A stretch of DNA of 64,000 nucleotides from Candidatus Woesearchaeota archaeon (GCA_018696595.1 JABHQW010000008.1:352001-416000), one strand, 5' to 3'. Counted from the stretch's first letter, positions 25,995 through 35,710 are shown. Notes: generated from the sequence alone by a model not told the origin. Numbers and translations: made by a program.

Positions 25995-26753
25995 TTAATC
26001 CATAATCCCATACCATTGAAGAAGAAGTCGATCTACACCTTTAACAAGGTCATAATCAGAACCATAAATCTTAATACAAGCATCACTCAGTTCAATCTTG
26101 GCTTCTTCACTTAGAACTAATTCAATTACTGGCTTATTGTCTGGGTTGTTCTCACAGCTAATGATTGGTCTCTCTTCACAACCGGTTCCTTCTTCCGTGC
26201 AAGAACCCACTGGTTTTCGGTCCATTCCTTTTACCACATTAAAACTTAATTCTGAAACTGATAATGTGTAATATTTGTTAACAACCTTAGGGTCAATAGC
26301 AATGTGAACTTCTTCTCCCATATTGAAGTCTTGGGATAAGCTTCCTTCAATAATAATCTCTTCCAATTCTTTTGGTCCAAAATGTAATGGTACTTTTAAT
26401 AGTGTGTCAAATTTATTCATCTCTGTCCACCACAGGCCATCAACTTTAACAAAACTGTAACCATTATGCATATAACCTTCGTCTTCATCTAGATCTCCCT
26501 CTAGATTTTCTTGATGTAATGCGTCAACATCAACAACTGCAGCAGAAGTAATTCCGTTATAGAATGTTGCTCCGCCAAACATTAAAGCAAACAACCCCAA
26601 AATCACAACAACAGAAATAATAATGTTTTTAGCATCTCCTTTATCTACATCGGGGTCTTCAAGATCTTCTTTAATTGCTTTATTGATTTCAAATTGTTCT
26701 TCTCGGTCAAGTTCTTTTTCAATAACCTGGCCTATTTTGATCTCATCTTTCAT
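25995..26753 (-). CDS. membrane-anchored hypothetical protein
   Basis: Single TM followed by an acidic extracellular domain with 4 Cys. Confidence 0.75.
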   Translation of the reverse strand: MKDEIKIGQVIEKELDREEQFEINKAIKEDLEDPDVDKGDAKNIIISVVVILGLFALMFGGATFYNGITSAAVVDVDALHQENLEGDLDEDEGYMHNGYSFVKVDGLWWTEMNKFDTLLKVPLHFGPKELEEIIIEGSLSQDFNMGEEVHIAIDPKVVNKYYTLSVSELSFNVVKGMDRKPVGSCTEEGTGCEERPIISCENNPDNKPVIELVLSEEAKIELSDACIKIYGSDYDLVKGVDRLLLQWYGIMD

Positions 26754-26773
26754 TTTGTATGTTAAGTGTTGTT

Positions 26774-27802
26774 TTAGTTTATATTATTTTCCATAGTTTT
26801 AGAATAATTTGCTTTAATTCTTTTTAAATAGATTTCCAACTTTTCTTTAACTTCATTTTCTAATTCCTCATTTAATTCTAATAATTCAACTTCTTTATTC
26901 CAATCAAGATCTGGCAATTTAGTTATTGTTCCTTTTAATTTTCGATTAACAGATTTAATATCTTCCTCAATCTTGAATGCTTCTTTTGTGCCAAACATTT
27001 TTGTTGCGGGAAATTTAGTAAATGCGTTAGCTCCTGCTTTTAATAACGAACCAACTTCTTCATATCTTCTGGCAGTAGTTCCAGCAATGATTTCTAATTT
27101 TGGGAAATTGATTCTTGTTTTTGCAATCCACCAAAGATAATCTTCTGTCTTTGGTCCGTTACCATGTTCAAAGATTGTTCCTTTAACTGGTTTCAAAGCA
27201 TAGAAAGTAATTCTTTCTAAATTATGTTTTTTAATGAAGTTTTTTAGTAATGGGAAATCTTCTTTCTTTTCTCCTAATCCAATAACCATAGTCATGCTTT
27301 TCTGAAAGTCTTTTGTTTTCTCAAACATTTCCTCATAAGGTTGAATTGGTTTGTCCGGACAGATCTCATTATGTAACTTTGGTTCAATTGTTTCAATTGA
27401 AGAAACTATTCCTTTAACATAGGGTTTGAATGTTTCTAAGTCTTCTTTTTCTATTACTCCAATGTTTAACCAAATTTTTTCTCCGTAAACTTTGCTGATT
27501 AATTTGATTCGTTCCAACATTTCTTCTTTTGGAAAGATTCTATAACCTCCCGTAAGAAATTCGATTCGCCAGCCAAGTTTCTTGCAAAGAAGTGCTTCAA
27601 CTAAATCTGAACTTAATGATCTTTTGGCAGTTTTAGCATGTTGAACTTTATGTTTGATTGTGCTTCTAAAACAGAATTTGCATGTTCCTATATCACAATA
27701 CCAACTAAGAAAGATACATCTACCGTACCAAGTGGTATTTGGAAAATTGTCTTTGTACACTTGGTTTGCTTGTTCTATTAGTTGTTGGGTTTCTTTGTCC
27801 AT
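26774..27802 (-). CDS. radical SAM protein (BioB/HmdB-like) with a CX4CX2C motif
   Basis: WYCDIGTCKFC, FLTGGY, SSIET, MVIGLGE, YALKP. Confidence 0.85.
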   Translation of the reverse strand: MDKETQQLIEQANQVYKDNFPNTTWYGRCIFLSWYCDIGTCKFCFRSTIKHKVQHAKTAKRSLSSDLVEALLCKKLGWRIEFLTGGYRIFPKEEMLERIKLISKVYGEKIWLNIGVIEKEDLETFKPYVKGIVSSIETIEPKLHNEICPDKPIQPYEEMFEKTKDFQKSMTMVIGLGEKKEDFPLLKNFIKKHNLERITFYALKPVKGTIFEHGNGPKTEDYLWWIAKTRINFPKLEIIAGTTARRYEEVGSLLKAGANAFTKFPATKMFGTKEAFKIEEDIKSVNRKLKGTITKLPDLDWNKEVELLELNEELENEVKEKLEIYLKRIKANYSKTMENNIN

Positions 27803-27883
27803 TAGAATGTTATTTTGTGGGTGTGGTTTATAAGGTTTTAGCTTACTTTTTGTGGTGATTTTTTATGGGGAAAAATATGGCTT

Positions 27884-28372
27884 TTAATTCTTTAATAAAT
27901 TAATAATTAAATCAACTGTTTCTTTTACAGAAATACTTTCTACATCAATAAGAATATCTTTTTCTTCCGGCACGGCAAGATAAGAATAACTTTTTTTCAT
28001 ATATTCTTCAGAAGCGATTTTTTGTTTTCTTTTCAAATTCCTTTTTTTTGTTTCTTTTAAAGATGCTTTTAAGAAAATAGAAATAATCTTATATTTATTA
28101 GTTCTCAATTCTTTTCCTAGTTCTTTGTTAAGATCTTTTAAGAAAGACTCTTGGAGAAGGATATCCTTTTCTTTTTTAATTAAATTTTTGATTTTGGGGT
28201 AATATAATGAGTGGGCTTTAATTTTTCTTTCTGCACGTTCCAAATGATTAAATTTTTCTTTAAATTCTTCTAAATTAACATAATTAAATTTTTTTAATTT
28301 TTTAGAAAGATGTTTACAGGTAGTAGTTTTTCCCACTCCTGCTGGTCCTTTAATTAAGATTAATTTTGGCAT
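27884..28372 (-). CDS. P-loop kinase (AAA_33 / nucleotide kinase-like)
   Basis: LILIKGPAGVGKTT, lid-like RNLKR. Confidence 0.8.
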   Translation of the reverse strand: MPKLILIKGPAGVGKTTTCKHLSKKLKKFNYVNLEEFKEKFNHLERAERKIKAHSLYYPKIKNLIKKEKDILLQESFLKDLNKELGKELRTNKYKIISIFLKASLKETKKRNLKRKQKIASEEYMKKSYSYLAVPEEKDILIDVESISVKETVDLIINLLKN

Positions 28373-28382
28373 TTTAAAGATA

Positions 28383-28455
28383 AGCCCCTGGTGAGAGTTG
28401 CACTCACGGTCTACTGCTTACGAGGCAGTCGCTATAGCTACTAAGCCACAGGGGC
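28383..28455 (-). tRNA. tRNA-Thr(CGT), no intron, CCA not encoded
   Basis: GCCCCTG/CAGGGGC acceptor; ACTGC-CTCGTAA-GCAGT anticodon arm; GTGAG-TGCAACT-CTCAC T-arm. Confidence 0.92.
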
Positions 28456-28480
28456 ATGAATACTTTACTTTTATTAGCAA

Positions 28481-28492
28481 TATTTATAAATT
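28481..28492. promoter_or_regulatory. shared bidirectional TATA box between tRNA-Thr and the GNAT gene
   Basis: TATTTATAAATT reads as TTTATAAAT on both strands, about 25-30 nt from each gene start. Confidence 0.5.
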
Positions 28493-28512
28493 ATACTCTT
28501 GGAAGTGATAAA

Positions 28513-29079
28513 ATGATCCAGATTGTACTCTATCAATCACAGTATGAACCGCAATTGAAAGAGTTACTGCGAGGTTTTGAAGCAGAAGTAGAACATAGAT
28601 TAAGATGGCCATTTCCTTCTGCAGAAATTTCCCCCTTTGATGATCCAGAATCTTTAGATGAAAATGATCAAGATGACGAATTAATGGAAATGGTTGAAGA
28701 GGGGGCAGAGGATGCTCTTTCACAAATTAATCAAGGGAATGATGATTGTTATTTAGCTTTATCTCCAGAAGGAAATGTTATTGGTTTCCAAGTCACTCAT
28801 TTATATCACAATCAAGCAGATAAGCATGTTAAAGCAGGGGATTTAGAACTTTCCAGATTATATGTGCATCCCGATTTTAGAAAAAATGGTATTGGCAGAA
28901 TGTTAGATCAAGATTGTTTGGAAAGAGTTAAAACAGTTGATGGTATTAATAGGGTGATTACTTTTGTTGAGAAGAATAATAGTCCTAATATTGCATTAAA
29001 AAGGGATTTAGGTTTTAGAAAAAGTACTGGGTATCAAGACGGAGCAAGGGTTTATCATTTCTTTCAGAGAACTATTTAA
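28513..29079 (+). CDS. GNAT-family N-acetyltransferase
   Basis: LYVHPDFRKNGIG motif A; N...IALKRDLGF; the likely start is ATG 28513 rather than 28456. Confidence 0.85.
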   Translation: MIQIVLYQSQYEPQLKELLRGFEAEVEHRLRWPFPSAEISPFDDPESLDENDQDDELMEMVEEGAEDALSQINQGNDDCYLALSPEGNVIGFQVTHLYHNQADKHVKAGDLELSRLYVHPDFRKNGIGRMLDQDCLERVKTVDGINRVITFVEKNNSPNIALKRDLGFRKSTGYQDGARVYHFFQRTI

Positions 29080-29236
29080 TCTCTTTTAACATTTCTTCTT
29101 TATTCTTAAACTTCTTTTGACACTCGAAACAAACTTCATATTGTTTGCTCTTGCCTTCTTTCTTAATTATCGTTCCTTTTAATTTTCCTAAAAATAATTC
29201 AGCGATTTTATTCCCACAAATTGTACATTTAGCCAT
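29072..29236 (-). CDS. small zinc-finger protein, absent from the ORF track
   Basis: Manual translation MAKCTICGNKIAELFLGKLKGTIIKKEGKSKQYEVCFECQKKFKNKEEMLKEIK; two CxxC pairs; divergent from ABCE1. Confidence 0.8.
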   Translation of the reverse strand: MAKCTICGNKIAELFLGKLKGTIIKKEGKSKQYEVCFECQKKFKNKEEMLKEIK

Positions 29237-29313
29237 TTTAGAATACTTTATGTCTTTTGATTTTTAAAACTTACCACCAAAAACCATATAAATGTAATCA
29301 TTAAAATAACCCT

Positions 29314-31077
29314 ATGAAGAAAAGAATAGCTATAATCGATAAGGAGAAATGTCATCCTAGTGAATGTGGAGATTATCTTTGTGCTAAATTGTGCCCTGTT
29401 AATAGAACTGGAACAGATTGTGTCTTGCCACATGAAATACATAAAAAAGCAAAGATTGACGAATTACTTTGTACTGGCTGTTCTATTTGCTCAAACAGAT
29501 GTCCTTATCAAGCAATCCAAATTATTAATCTTCCAGAAGCATTAAACAAAGAACCAGTTCATCGGTTCGGAGAGAATGCTTTTGAATTATTTTCTTTACC
29601 AACACCAATCTTTGGTCAAGTTACAGGAATCTTGGGAAAGAATGGTATTGGGAAAACTACTGCTTTACAAATTCTGGCAGGATTATTAAAGCCAAACTTA
29701 GGCAACTATGAAAAAGAAACTGATTTTAAGGATGTTATCAATTATTTCAAAGGCAGTGAGACTCAGAAATTCTTAATGAAAATGCATGTTGGCGATATCA
29801 AATTATCTTACAAATTGCAACAAGTTGATTTGATTGCTAAACAGTTTACTGGAACCGTTCGTGAGTTATTAGAAAAAGTTGATGAAAAAAAACAATTAAA
29901 TGAAGTTGCTCAAGAATTACAATTAACAAGATTCTTAGATACTCCAGTTAACAAAATTTCTGGTGGAGAATTACAACGAGTAGCAATTGCTGCTTCTGTA
30001 TTAAAGAAAGCTAACATTTATTTCTTTGACGAACCTAGCTCTTATCTTGATATTAAGCAAAGGGTTAACGTTTCTAAATTTATTAGAAATCTAGCAGATG
30101 AAGATACTTCAATCATCGTTATTGAACACGATTTAATTATTCTTGATTACATGACAGATCTATTGAATTTAATGTACGGGCAAGAATCTGCTTATGGTAT
30201 TGTTTCTGGGATCAAGAATTCTAGGGAAGGAATCAATGCTTTCTTGGAAGGTTTTCTGAAAGAAGAAAATATTCGTTTTAGGTCTTATCCTATTAAGTTT
30301 GAGAAAGTTCAAGATAGACAAGTGGGAACTCAACAAAAACTAATTTCTTGGAAACATTTAAGCAAGAAGTTAGGGAACTTTATTTTGGAATCTGAATCTG
30401 GAGAATTATATAAAAACGAGATTATTGGTGTTTTAGGGGAAAATGGAATTGGTAAAACTAGTTTTGTAAAAGTATTAGCGGGATTAATTAAACCAGACTC
30501 TGGCGAGATTGATTCTGAAATTAAAGTTGCTTACAAACCTCAATACTTAGAAACTGCTTCAGATGAATTAGTAATGCAATATTTAGATGATGCAGTTCAA
30601 CAGTATCAAAACCAATTAATTAAACCATTAGATATGGAAAGATTAATGATGAAAAAATTGTCTGAACTTTCTGGTGGAGAATTACAAAAAGTATCTATTG
30701 TTAAATGTCTGAGTGAAGATGCAGAATTGTTTCTTCTGGATGAGCCTTCTGCTTATCTAGACGTTGAACAACGATTATTAATCTCTAAAGTAATTAAAAG
30801 TTTAACTGCAGAAAGAGAGATTACTGTTTTAGTGGTAGATCACGATTTAATGTTTTTAGATTATTTGTCTGATCGACTTGCTGTATTTACAGGAGAACCC
30901 GCTAAATCTGGTTTATTACAAGGTCCTTTTGATATGGTTGAAGGAATGAATTTGTTTTTAGAAGAGTTAGGCATTTCATTACGTAGAGATCCAAATTCGC
31001 ATCGGCCTCGGATTAACAAAGCCGGAAGTGTAAAGGATCGAGAACAACGTGCAGAAGGAAAGTTGTATTATAACTAA
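29314..31077 (+). CDS. rli: ribosome recycling ATPase ABCE1/RLI
   Basis: N-terminal FeS Cys motifs; two ABC domains (GKNGIGKT, GENGIGKT, SGGELQ). Confidence 0.96.
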   Translation: MKKRIAIIDKEKCHPSECGDYLCAKLCPVNRTGTDCVLPHEIHKKAKIDELLCTGCSICSNRCPYQAIQIINLPEALNKEPVHRFGENAFELFSLPTPIFGQVTGILGKNGIGKTTALQILAGLLKPNLGNYEKETDFKDVINYFKGSETQKFLMKMHVGDIKLSYKLQQVDLIAKQFTGTVRELLEKVDEKKQLNEVAQELQLTRFLDTPVNKISGGELQRVAIAASVLKKANIYFFDEPSSYLDIKQRVNVSKFIRNLADEDTSIIVIEHDLIILDYMTDLLNLMYGQESAYGIVSGIKNSREGINAFLEGFLKEENIRFRSYPIKFEKVQDRQVGTQQKLISWKHLSKKLGNFILESESGELYKNEIIGVLGENGIGKTSFVKVLAGLIKPDSGEIDSEIKVAYKPQYLETASDELVMQYLDDAVQQYQNQLIKPLDMERLMMKKLSELSGGELQKVSIVKCLSEDAELFLLDEPSAYLDVEQRLLISKVIKSLTAEREITVLVVDHDLMFLDYLSDRLAVFTGEPAKSGLLQGPFDMVEGMNLFLEELGISLRRDPNSHRPRINKAGSVKDREQRAEGKLYYN

Positions 31078-32108
31078 GAACTAGTTCTCATTGCATTATA
31101 ATCTACTAGATTAAGAACATAATCAGAAACTTTCCAATTGATTCTTGTAAACTCTCCAAAATGATCTCCACCGGCTTGGGCTGATGCTTCTTTATCAAGA
31201 AGTGCAATTTCTACTTCTGGGGCAACAATCTCAGAAACATCACGATGACGATATTCTCCACTCCAAATACTTTTGGTGTGGGCAACAAATCTTGGGATCA
31301 TCGAGTAACGATTACCTCCAACTGCCCTAATGTGCATTTTCCCTTCTGATCTTGCTTTTTTTGCATAAGGAAAACCCACAAAATTATAACCAAAATAAGG
31401 GGTCGTTCCTGCTACTAAAGCATGGATTTGATTTTCTTGTAAGAATCTTTCCCCATCTCCAAGAGGAAGCCTCATAAATTCTATGTCTTCTTCAAAAATT
31501 TCAGCAAGTTCTGCCCCTTGTGGAAAACTAATTTCAAATTTTAGTTTTTTACCAAAAAAGATTTCTGTAGCAGAAGAAGGGATTGTGCTAAAGTATCCTA
31601 CTAAACCGTTCAATGGGCTTTGTTTGTACTTTTTTAAAATGATTCCATCCCAACCAGCCCCGGTTAACATAGAATAAGTTTTCTCTTTTTCTCCTTGAGG
31701 GGTGGTTCCAGTAATCTCAATTAACGGGACTTGTATTGTTGGTAATTCATTAACATCTGTTTCTAAAATCATTTCTAATTGTTCTAAATGGTCTTTACCT
31801 GCACCTAATTCATAAGAAATAGCATTACCCGTTCCCAATTTTAATATTGCAAATAATTGTTTGTTAAATGACAAACCTAATTCTTCACATAAAAGAATGA
31901 ATTTATTACTTTCATATCTGATTGTTCCATCTCCTCCTCCAAGAGTAATTACTTGTGGTTTATCCTGTAAAGTTTTTCTTCTAGGATAATTTCCTGAATA
32001 TATTTTAACTCTATAGTCTTCAGCAAATCTTTGCTCAATTGCATTAATTATCTTCGGGGTGAATCTTCCAGCTCTTGGATTTAATTTAGCTACTAGGCTT
32101 TCTACCAT
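31074..32108 (-). CDS. diacylglycerol/lipid kinase family protein
   Basis: GGGDGT and LGTGNA motifs; GD near the C-terminus. Confidence 0.75.
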   Translation of the reverse strand: MVESLVAKLNPRAGRFTPKIINAIEQRFAEDYRVKIYSGNYPRRKTLQDKPQVITLGGGDGTIRYESNKFILLCEELGLSFNKQLFAILKLGTGNAISYELGAGKDHLEQLEMILETDVNELPTIQVPLIEITGTTPQGEKEKTYSMLTGAGWDGIILKKYKQSPLNGLVGYFSTIPSSATEIFFGKKLKFEISFPQGAELAEIFEEDIEFMRLPLGDGERFLQENQIHALVAGTTPYFGYNFVGFPYAKKARSEGKMHIRAVGGNRYSMIPRFVAHTKSIWSGEYRHRDVSEIVAPEVEIALLDKEASAQAGGDHFGEFTRINWKVSDYVLNLVDYNAMRTSS

Positions 32109-32164
32109 ATTTCCATTTAGAAACGTTTACTTTTATAAAAATAATGAAAAAGAAAAATAAAAAA

Positions 32165-32551
32165 TTAAGAAACGATTACGCTACCTTGCATTCCTGGATG
32201 GAATTGGCAAAAGTATCTGTACTGTCCTGCTTCAGTAAAGGTGTGAGTTAATGATGTTGTTCCAATTGGAAGTTTCTCATCAAAATCACCATTTTCAAAA
32301 GTTACTGTATGCGCAGTAGAATCTTTGTTAACCCATTCTATAGTGTCACCAACTTTAAGATCTAAATCAATAGGCATGAATTGAGAATTCTCAATTGCTA
32401 CTTGGTAAACTTCTCCAGTTGCTACAACTGCAGTATTAGTTTCTTCTACTTCAACTACTTCTTCAACATTATCTTCTACTACTTCTGATCCACAAGCCAC
32501 TAATAGAAACATAACACTTAACAAAGCTATTAACCCTAATATTTTCTTCAT
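32165..32551 (-). CDS. plastocyanin/azurin-type cupredoxin lipoprotein
   Basis: ATG 32551 after GGAGG; lipobox LVA-C; HTVT and CQFHPGM type-1 copper ligands. Confidence 0.88.
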   Translation of the reverse strand: MKKILGLIALLSVMFLLVACGSEVVEDNVEEVVEVEETNTAVVATGEVYQVAIENSQFMPIDLDLKVGDTIEWVNKDSTAHTVTFENGDFDEKLPIGTTSLTHTFTEAGQYRYFCQFHPGMQGSVIVS

Positions 32552-32591
32552 TTTATTGTCCTCCAAAATATATAAGGTTAAATATTGACGT

Positions 32592-33362
32592 TTATTTAAA
32601 TATCTTTCTCCAATCTTCCTTATAAAACTTAACAAAGAGATATAGTGCAACAATTACCATAATCAAACTAAACCATTGGCCAATCGTTAATTTGAACCAT
32701 AAAACGTCTTCGCGATAGAAATCTACTAAGAATCTTCCTAATCCTTCCCAAAAAACGAAGTTCAGAAATATAAACCCTGGCTTAAATGATTTCCAGAATG
32801 TTAGCAAGAAAAGCCAACCAGTAACAATAAATCTTTTCCCTGCTGCGTATAATGTAGATGGGTGCCTACAACCATCATATCCTTTAAACAATACGCACCA
32901 CTTACCTTGGAATGGTCTACCAACTAATTCTCCATTAATGAAATTAGCAATTCTTCCCAAAGCTAAAGCAAACAAGGCGGGAATTGACATAGCATCAGCC
33001 AATTTCCAGAAATTAAATCTATGTTTCTTACAATAAATGTAAGCTGCAACTACAATTCCTACAAATCCACCGTGAAAACTCATCCCTCCTTCCCAAAATT
33101 TGAGAAAGTTAAATGGATTTGACAAGTAGTAACTTGGTTGCCAAAAAACTTCAAATACTCTTGATCCGATTAATACTCCGACCATCAACCAAAATGCAAA
33201 ATCCCAGATCTGTTCTTTGTTTAATTCTAGTTTGCCTTTTTTTCTAAGATAATATAACCAAGCAATAGACAGAAAGAATCCCAGGACATACATTAGCCCG
33301 TACCATCTGATTTCTAACGGCCCTAAGGAAAGTAATGTTGGGTTAAGATTGTGAATGTACAT
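32592..33362 (-). CDS. lgt: prolipoprotein diacylglyceryl transferase
   Basis: IRWYGLMY, GGMSFHGG, GRIANFINGE..GR, HPSTLY, RFLVDFYR. Confidence 0.95.
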   Translation of the reverse strand: MYIHNLNPTLLSLGPLEIRWYGLMYVLGFFLSIAWLYYLRKKGKLELNKEQIWDFAFWLMVGVLIGSRVFEVFWQPSYYLSNPFNFLKFWEGGMSFHGGFVGIVVAAYIYCKKHRFNFWKLADAMSIPALFALALGRIANFINGELVGRPFQGKWCVLFKGYDGCRHPSTLYAAGKRFIVTGWLFLLTFWKSFKPGFIFLNFVFWEGLGRFLVDFYREDVLWFKLTIGQWFSLIMVIVALYLFVKFYKEDWRKIFK

Positions 33363-33454
33363 GAAGTTTTGTTATCCGTTAACATTTATTAATTCTTTGG
33401 TATTAAAAATGATTAGAGGTTAATTTTAAATACTTCCATCTCTTACTTTTATAC

Positions 33455-34828
33455 ATGAGAAAACTATGGTTTCTTTCAGTACTACTAATTTCTCTATTTC
33501 TATTAAGTGGTTGTACATCTGTTAAAGACACATTAGGTATGTGTGGCCATTACTGTGTCAACAAAGATTGTGGAACTGAAATAAACAATTGTGGTCAAGA
33601 GATTGATTGTGGTGGTTGTACTGGTGGACATTCTTGTGAAGATGGTATGTGTGAATTAAATCCAGAAATCAAAGATAGTGACCCCATTCTAGTACGTCCA
33701 AAAATAGACCTAAATCTTCTTTTATCAAATCAAAGAATAACTAATGCCATAGAACTAAATCCTCTAACTACCACAAATAATTATCAGAAAATTTTGAATG
33801 AGAAAATAAGTGATCTTGAAGTTGGAAATACGGCTCATTGGAATAACTTTAGAAGTCAAGCCAATTGGCAAGAAGAGGATCTATTAGAATTATATTTACA
33901 AAAAGTTGCTTTTTCTTTATATATTGAAGCTAATGCTTTAACTCCTTGGAGTATCCTTGATTATTCGGATGAACACCTCAACTTATTGCTTTCAGATCTG
34001 TATGTTGATGATGTTTTAACTGATGTTCCCATGTACCAAAATGGAGGATATTACAAAGCCAGGAAACAATCTGCATTTAATGGTGACTCTCTAATTGCCT
34101 TCAAATATATACAAGAAACGAAACAACAGTATCCACATCTAAAAGTTAAAACCCATAAAGACTTGCTTGATTTGATTATAATTAGAATGCGTGATGATGA
34201 ATGGGTCCATTTTGGAAGTGAAGCAGAAGGATGTTCAGATTTTCCTTCTGAGGTTATGAATTATGATTTTCAATGTTTATTAGATCTTAAGAAAGGAAGT
34301 GATCCACTTACTGCTCATTTTATATTTGCATTATTACAATCAAATAATATTCCCTCGAAAGAAGTTCCAGTTTATTTGGGTGGACATACCGGAATTATTT
34401 ATCCAACTCTGGATTTAACTATGGAGGGGAATGCTGTTTATTCTGTGTTAAAAAAAGGAATATTGACCACAAACAAATTGCCAATTGATAACACTTATTT
34501 GGATCTAAATACTTATCTGATTTGGGATCAAGTTCCAACTTGTCAGGCTTTTTATTTTACAACTAACAAAAACGTTTTAGATTACTTCCAATATATTGGC
34601 GATCCTCAATGGAATACAGACATTATTACAACTTACTGTTACACATTTATGGGGAATGCGCCAGGAGAATATTTAAGAGAACTAATAAAAACAGGATTTC
34701 TTGCTGAAGGTGAGCCTATGAACTGTCAAGATACAGATCCTTCTAAGGATAATTATCAAGCTCCTCCATTAACTGAAGAAGAATTAGACTTTTATCTTAA
34801 TCAGATCGCACAAATAGCAAATTGCTAA
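33455..34828 (+). CDS. lipoprotein with Cys-rich N-terminal module and possible transglutaminase-like domain
   Basis: Lipobox LSG-C; CG.EINNCGQEIDCGGC module; ALLQSNNIP...GHTG. Confidence 0.75.
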   Translation: MRKLWFLSVLLISLFLLSGCTSVKDTLGMCGHYCVNKDCGTEINNCGQEIDCGGCTGGHSCEDGMCELNPEIKDSDPILVRPKIDLNLLLSNQRITNAIELNPLTTTNNYQKILNEKISDLEVGNTAHWNNFRSQANWQEEDLLELYLQKVAFSLYIEANALTPWSILDYSDEHLNLLLSDLYVDDVLTDVPMYQNGGYYKARKQSAFNGDSLIAFKYIQETKQQYPHLKVKTHKDLLDLIIIRMRDDEWVHFGSEAEGCSDFPSEVMNYDFQCLLDLKKGSDPLTAHFIFALLQSNNIPSKEVPVYLGGHTGIIYPTLDLTMEGNAVYSVLKKGILTTNKLPIDNTYLDLNTYLIWDQVPTCQAFYFTTNKNVLDYFQYIGDPQWNTDIITTYCYTFMGNAPGEYLRELIKTGFLAEGEPMNCQDTDPSKDNYQAPPLTEEELDFYLNQIAQIANC

Positions 34829-34923
34829 CAAATACTGTTTAATCACCTTTCCTCTACAGAAAACTTTATATATTCTTCACGATTATATAATCTCATCATA
34901 ATTAAAAACGAGGGTGAATTATA

Positions 34924-35187
34924 ATGGAAGATAAAGAAAAAAGTTATTCTAAAGAATTACTAGGTAAAACAATAGTTTCAAAGTCAGGAAAGAAGTTTGG
35001 CGAAGTTGGCGATTTAATTTTTGAAGTTGGTTCTGGTGAACTGATTCATATGCAACTTAGACATCCTACCTCTTACATTGATAAGATGGAACTAGAAAAA
35101 ACTAAAGAAGGAAGTATTTTAATCCCCTTCTCCGCAGTTATTGCTTCTGGTGACTTTATTGTTGTAGCAGAAGAAGATATAATTTAA
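34924..35187 (+). CDS. PRC-barrel domain protein (possibly CdpB-like, cell-division associated)
   Basis: GKTIVSKSGKKFGEVGDL...IPFSAVIASGDFIVV; GGTGA SD. Confidence 0.88.
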   Translation: MEDKEKSYSKELLGKTIVSKSGKKFGEVGDLIFEVGSGELIHMQLRHPTSYIDKMELEKTKEGSILIPFSAVIASGDFIVVAEEDII

Positions 35188-35215
35188 TTTTTTTAATTAA
35201 TTTTTATTTAGCCAA

Positions 35216-35557
35216 ATGAAAAGTAAAAAAACACAGACTATTCTCATAATTATAGGAGTTATTTTAGTTTTAATTATTGGTTTATTCTTTTTTGGGAGAA
35301 TGGTCATTCAAATGAGTGAATCACTTGATGATTATCATCCAATGATGTCAAATATTAATTCTACAAATTCATTAGGAGAAAGTTTAGAATATTGTAATAC
35401 ATTTGATGAAACAAAACGAAAAGATTCCTGCCTCTATATTGCAGGCTATTATTACAATGACACTTCTGTTTGTGAAACAATTAAAGGTTTGAAACAGGAA
35501 ACTTGTGAGACTCGTTTATCTTACAGATTAATGATTAAAGAGATTAAACAATCATAA
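35216..35557 (+). CDS. membrane-anchored hypothetical protein with 4 Cys
   Basis: N-terminal TM; C..KDSCLY...VCE.I...ETC motif. Confidence 0.7.
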   Translation: MKSKKTQTILIIIGVILVLIIGLFFFGRMVIQMSESLDDYHPMMSNINSTNSLGESLEYCNTFDETKRKDSCLYIAGYYYNDTSVCETIKGLKQETCETRLSYRLMIKEIKQS

Positions 35558-35651
35558 ATAATTAATTACTTTTTTATTATCTATTTCTAATCATAATAAT
35601 GTATATAAGGTAACAATCTATTCTTATTACTTGGGGTGATTAGAATTAAAA

Positions 35652-35671
35652 CAAAAATTCTAGAATTTTTG
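35652..35671. promoter_or_regulatory. perfect 20-bp palindrome upstream of purB
   Basis: CAAAAATTCTAGAATTTTTG. Confidence 0.55.
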
Positions 35672-35710
35672 GGATCTGGTTCGCCTCTTAAAATTAGGGA
35701 GATGAATTAA

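Noticed and set aside
27884-28455. tRNA-Thr or tRNA-Trp as an integration site for a mobile element
   Set aside because: No duplicated tRNA 3' end and no integrase in the window
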